This document shows positions 63,400 to 64,000 of a stretch of DNA of 64,000 bases, piece by piece. A program made the translations under genes and the position numbers. The DNA lies in contig NC_090337.1 of assembly GCF_035084215.1 (NCBI RefSeq), forward strand, positions 41,540,001-41,604,000, given 5' to 3'. The notes beneath the pieces are model-generated. The model did not search any database and was not told the origin of the DNA. It saw only the letters and a list, made by a program, of their open reading frames with translations. This stretch comes from Heptranchias perlo (taxonomy: Eukaryota). Position 1 is the stretch's first letter. Each line of letters starts with the position of its first letter.

Positions 63400-64000
63400 C
63401 ACTGGTTTCATTCTGTTGAAATTCTCTTTACCAGTATAAAATAGGCTGGTGCCCGTGCTCACAGGTACCCGCTTGGTGGGGGAAGTGGTTGGCTCCTCAT
63501 GTTCTACAGAAGGGTCATGGGACTGAGATGTCCCTTGCCTCATGGCAGCTGGCTCTTGGCATGGAACAGTCGCTGGCTGCACCTCTGGATGGTGTTCCTG
63601 GGCAGCCTGGTCTTGCCTCCCATATTCCATTTGTGTGGTGCTCTGAGAGGGGAGACCAGAGGCCTGGCATGTGCTGTCTTGAGAGCATCAGGCAGCTGGG
63701 CTCCCACCGCAGTTATTCCACTGAGCCCCTGGATCTGTGGCCTTGCTGATCAGAGACGTGGCTGGTCTAATGGCAGTTATCAGATCCTGAAAGCCTTGAT
63801 CCATACTGCACTCCAATTTGTTCCTTATTGCATCCAGGGCTGCAGTTTGTGTTTCTGTGGAGGTGGAGGTACTGATTGATGCTTGGCTATGTCTTAGCTG
63901 TTGATCTGCTGCAAATTGCAATGAAGCTGCCAATCACTCTATTGGTGGCTGCAAAGATGATAAAACTCCTGTGATGTTGCTGCAAAGGAGAGCTGTAGAT
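63400..64000 (-). mobile_element. Probable decayed Harbinger Myb-gene C-terminal fragment
   Basis: TETQTAALDAIRNKLECSMDQGFQ resembles the coiled-coil part of the Myb protein at 40700-40900; weak similarity. Confidence 0.35.

Overview
Eukaryotic (vertebrate) genomic DNA. The repeat content (CR1 and L2 LINEs, Deu-domain SINEs, Penelope-like elements, Harbinger elements) points to a cartilaginous fish; this is inference. The window holds the last 17 coding exons (+ strand, 179..49545; 587 codons plus stop; all introns GT..AG; frame open throughout) of a GH31 intestinal alpha-glucosidase of the sucrase-isomaltase/maltase-glucoamylase family. These exons encode the C-terminal catalytic subunit, with the WIDMNE nucleophile and HWLGDN acid/base motifs intact. 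Introns and the 3' flank are packed with nested transposable elements: a near-full-length CR1 inside another CR1, a Harbinger inside a Harbinger, many MITEs with 3-bp TSDs, and Penelope fragments. The most unusual structure is at 4551-5034: a TSD-flanked, near-perfect 173-bp Penelope inverted repeat with a minimal hammerhead ribozyme on each strand, whose loop is a captured piece of CR1 reverse transcriptase almost identical to a CR1 copy about 1 kb downstream. Most short ORFs in the ORF track are TE fragments or noise. Family names and comparisons with human proteins come from my recollection of consensus motifs, not from database searches.
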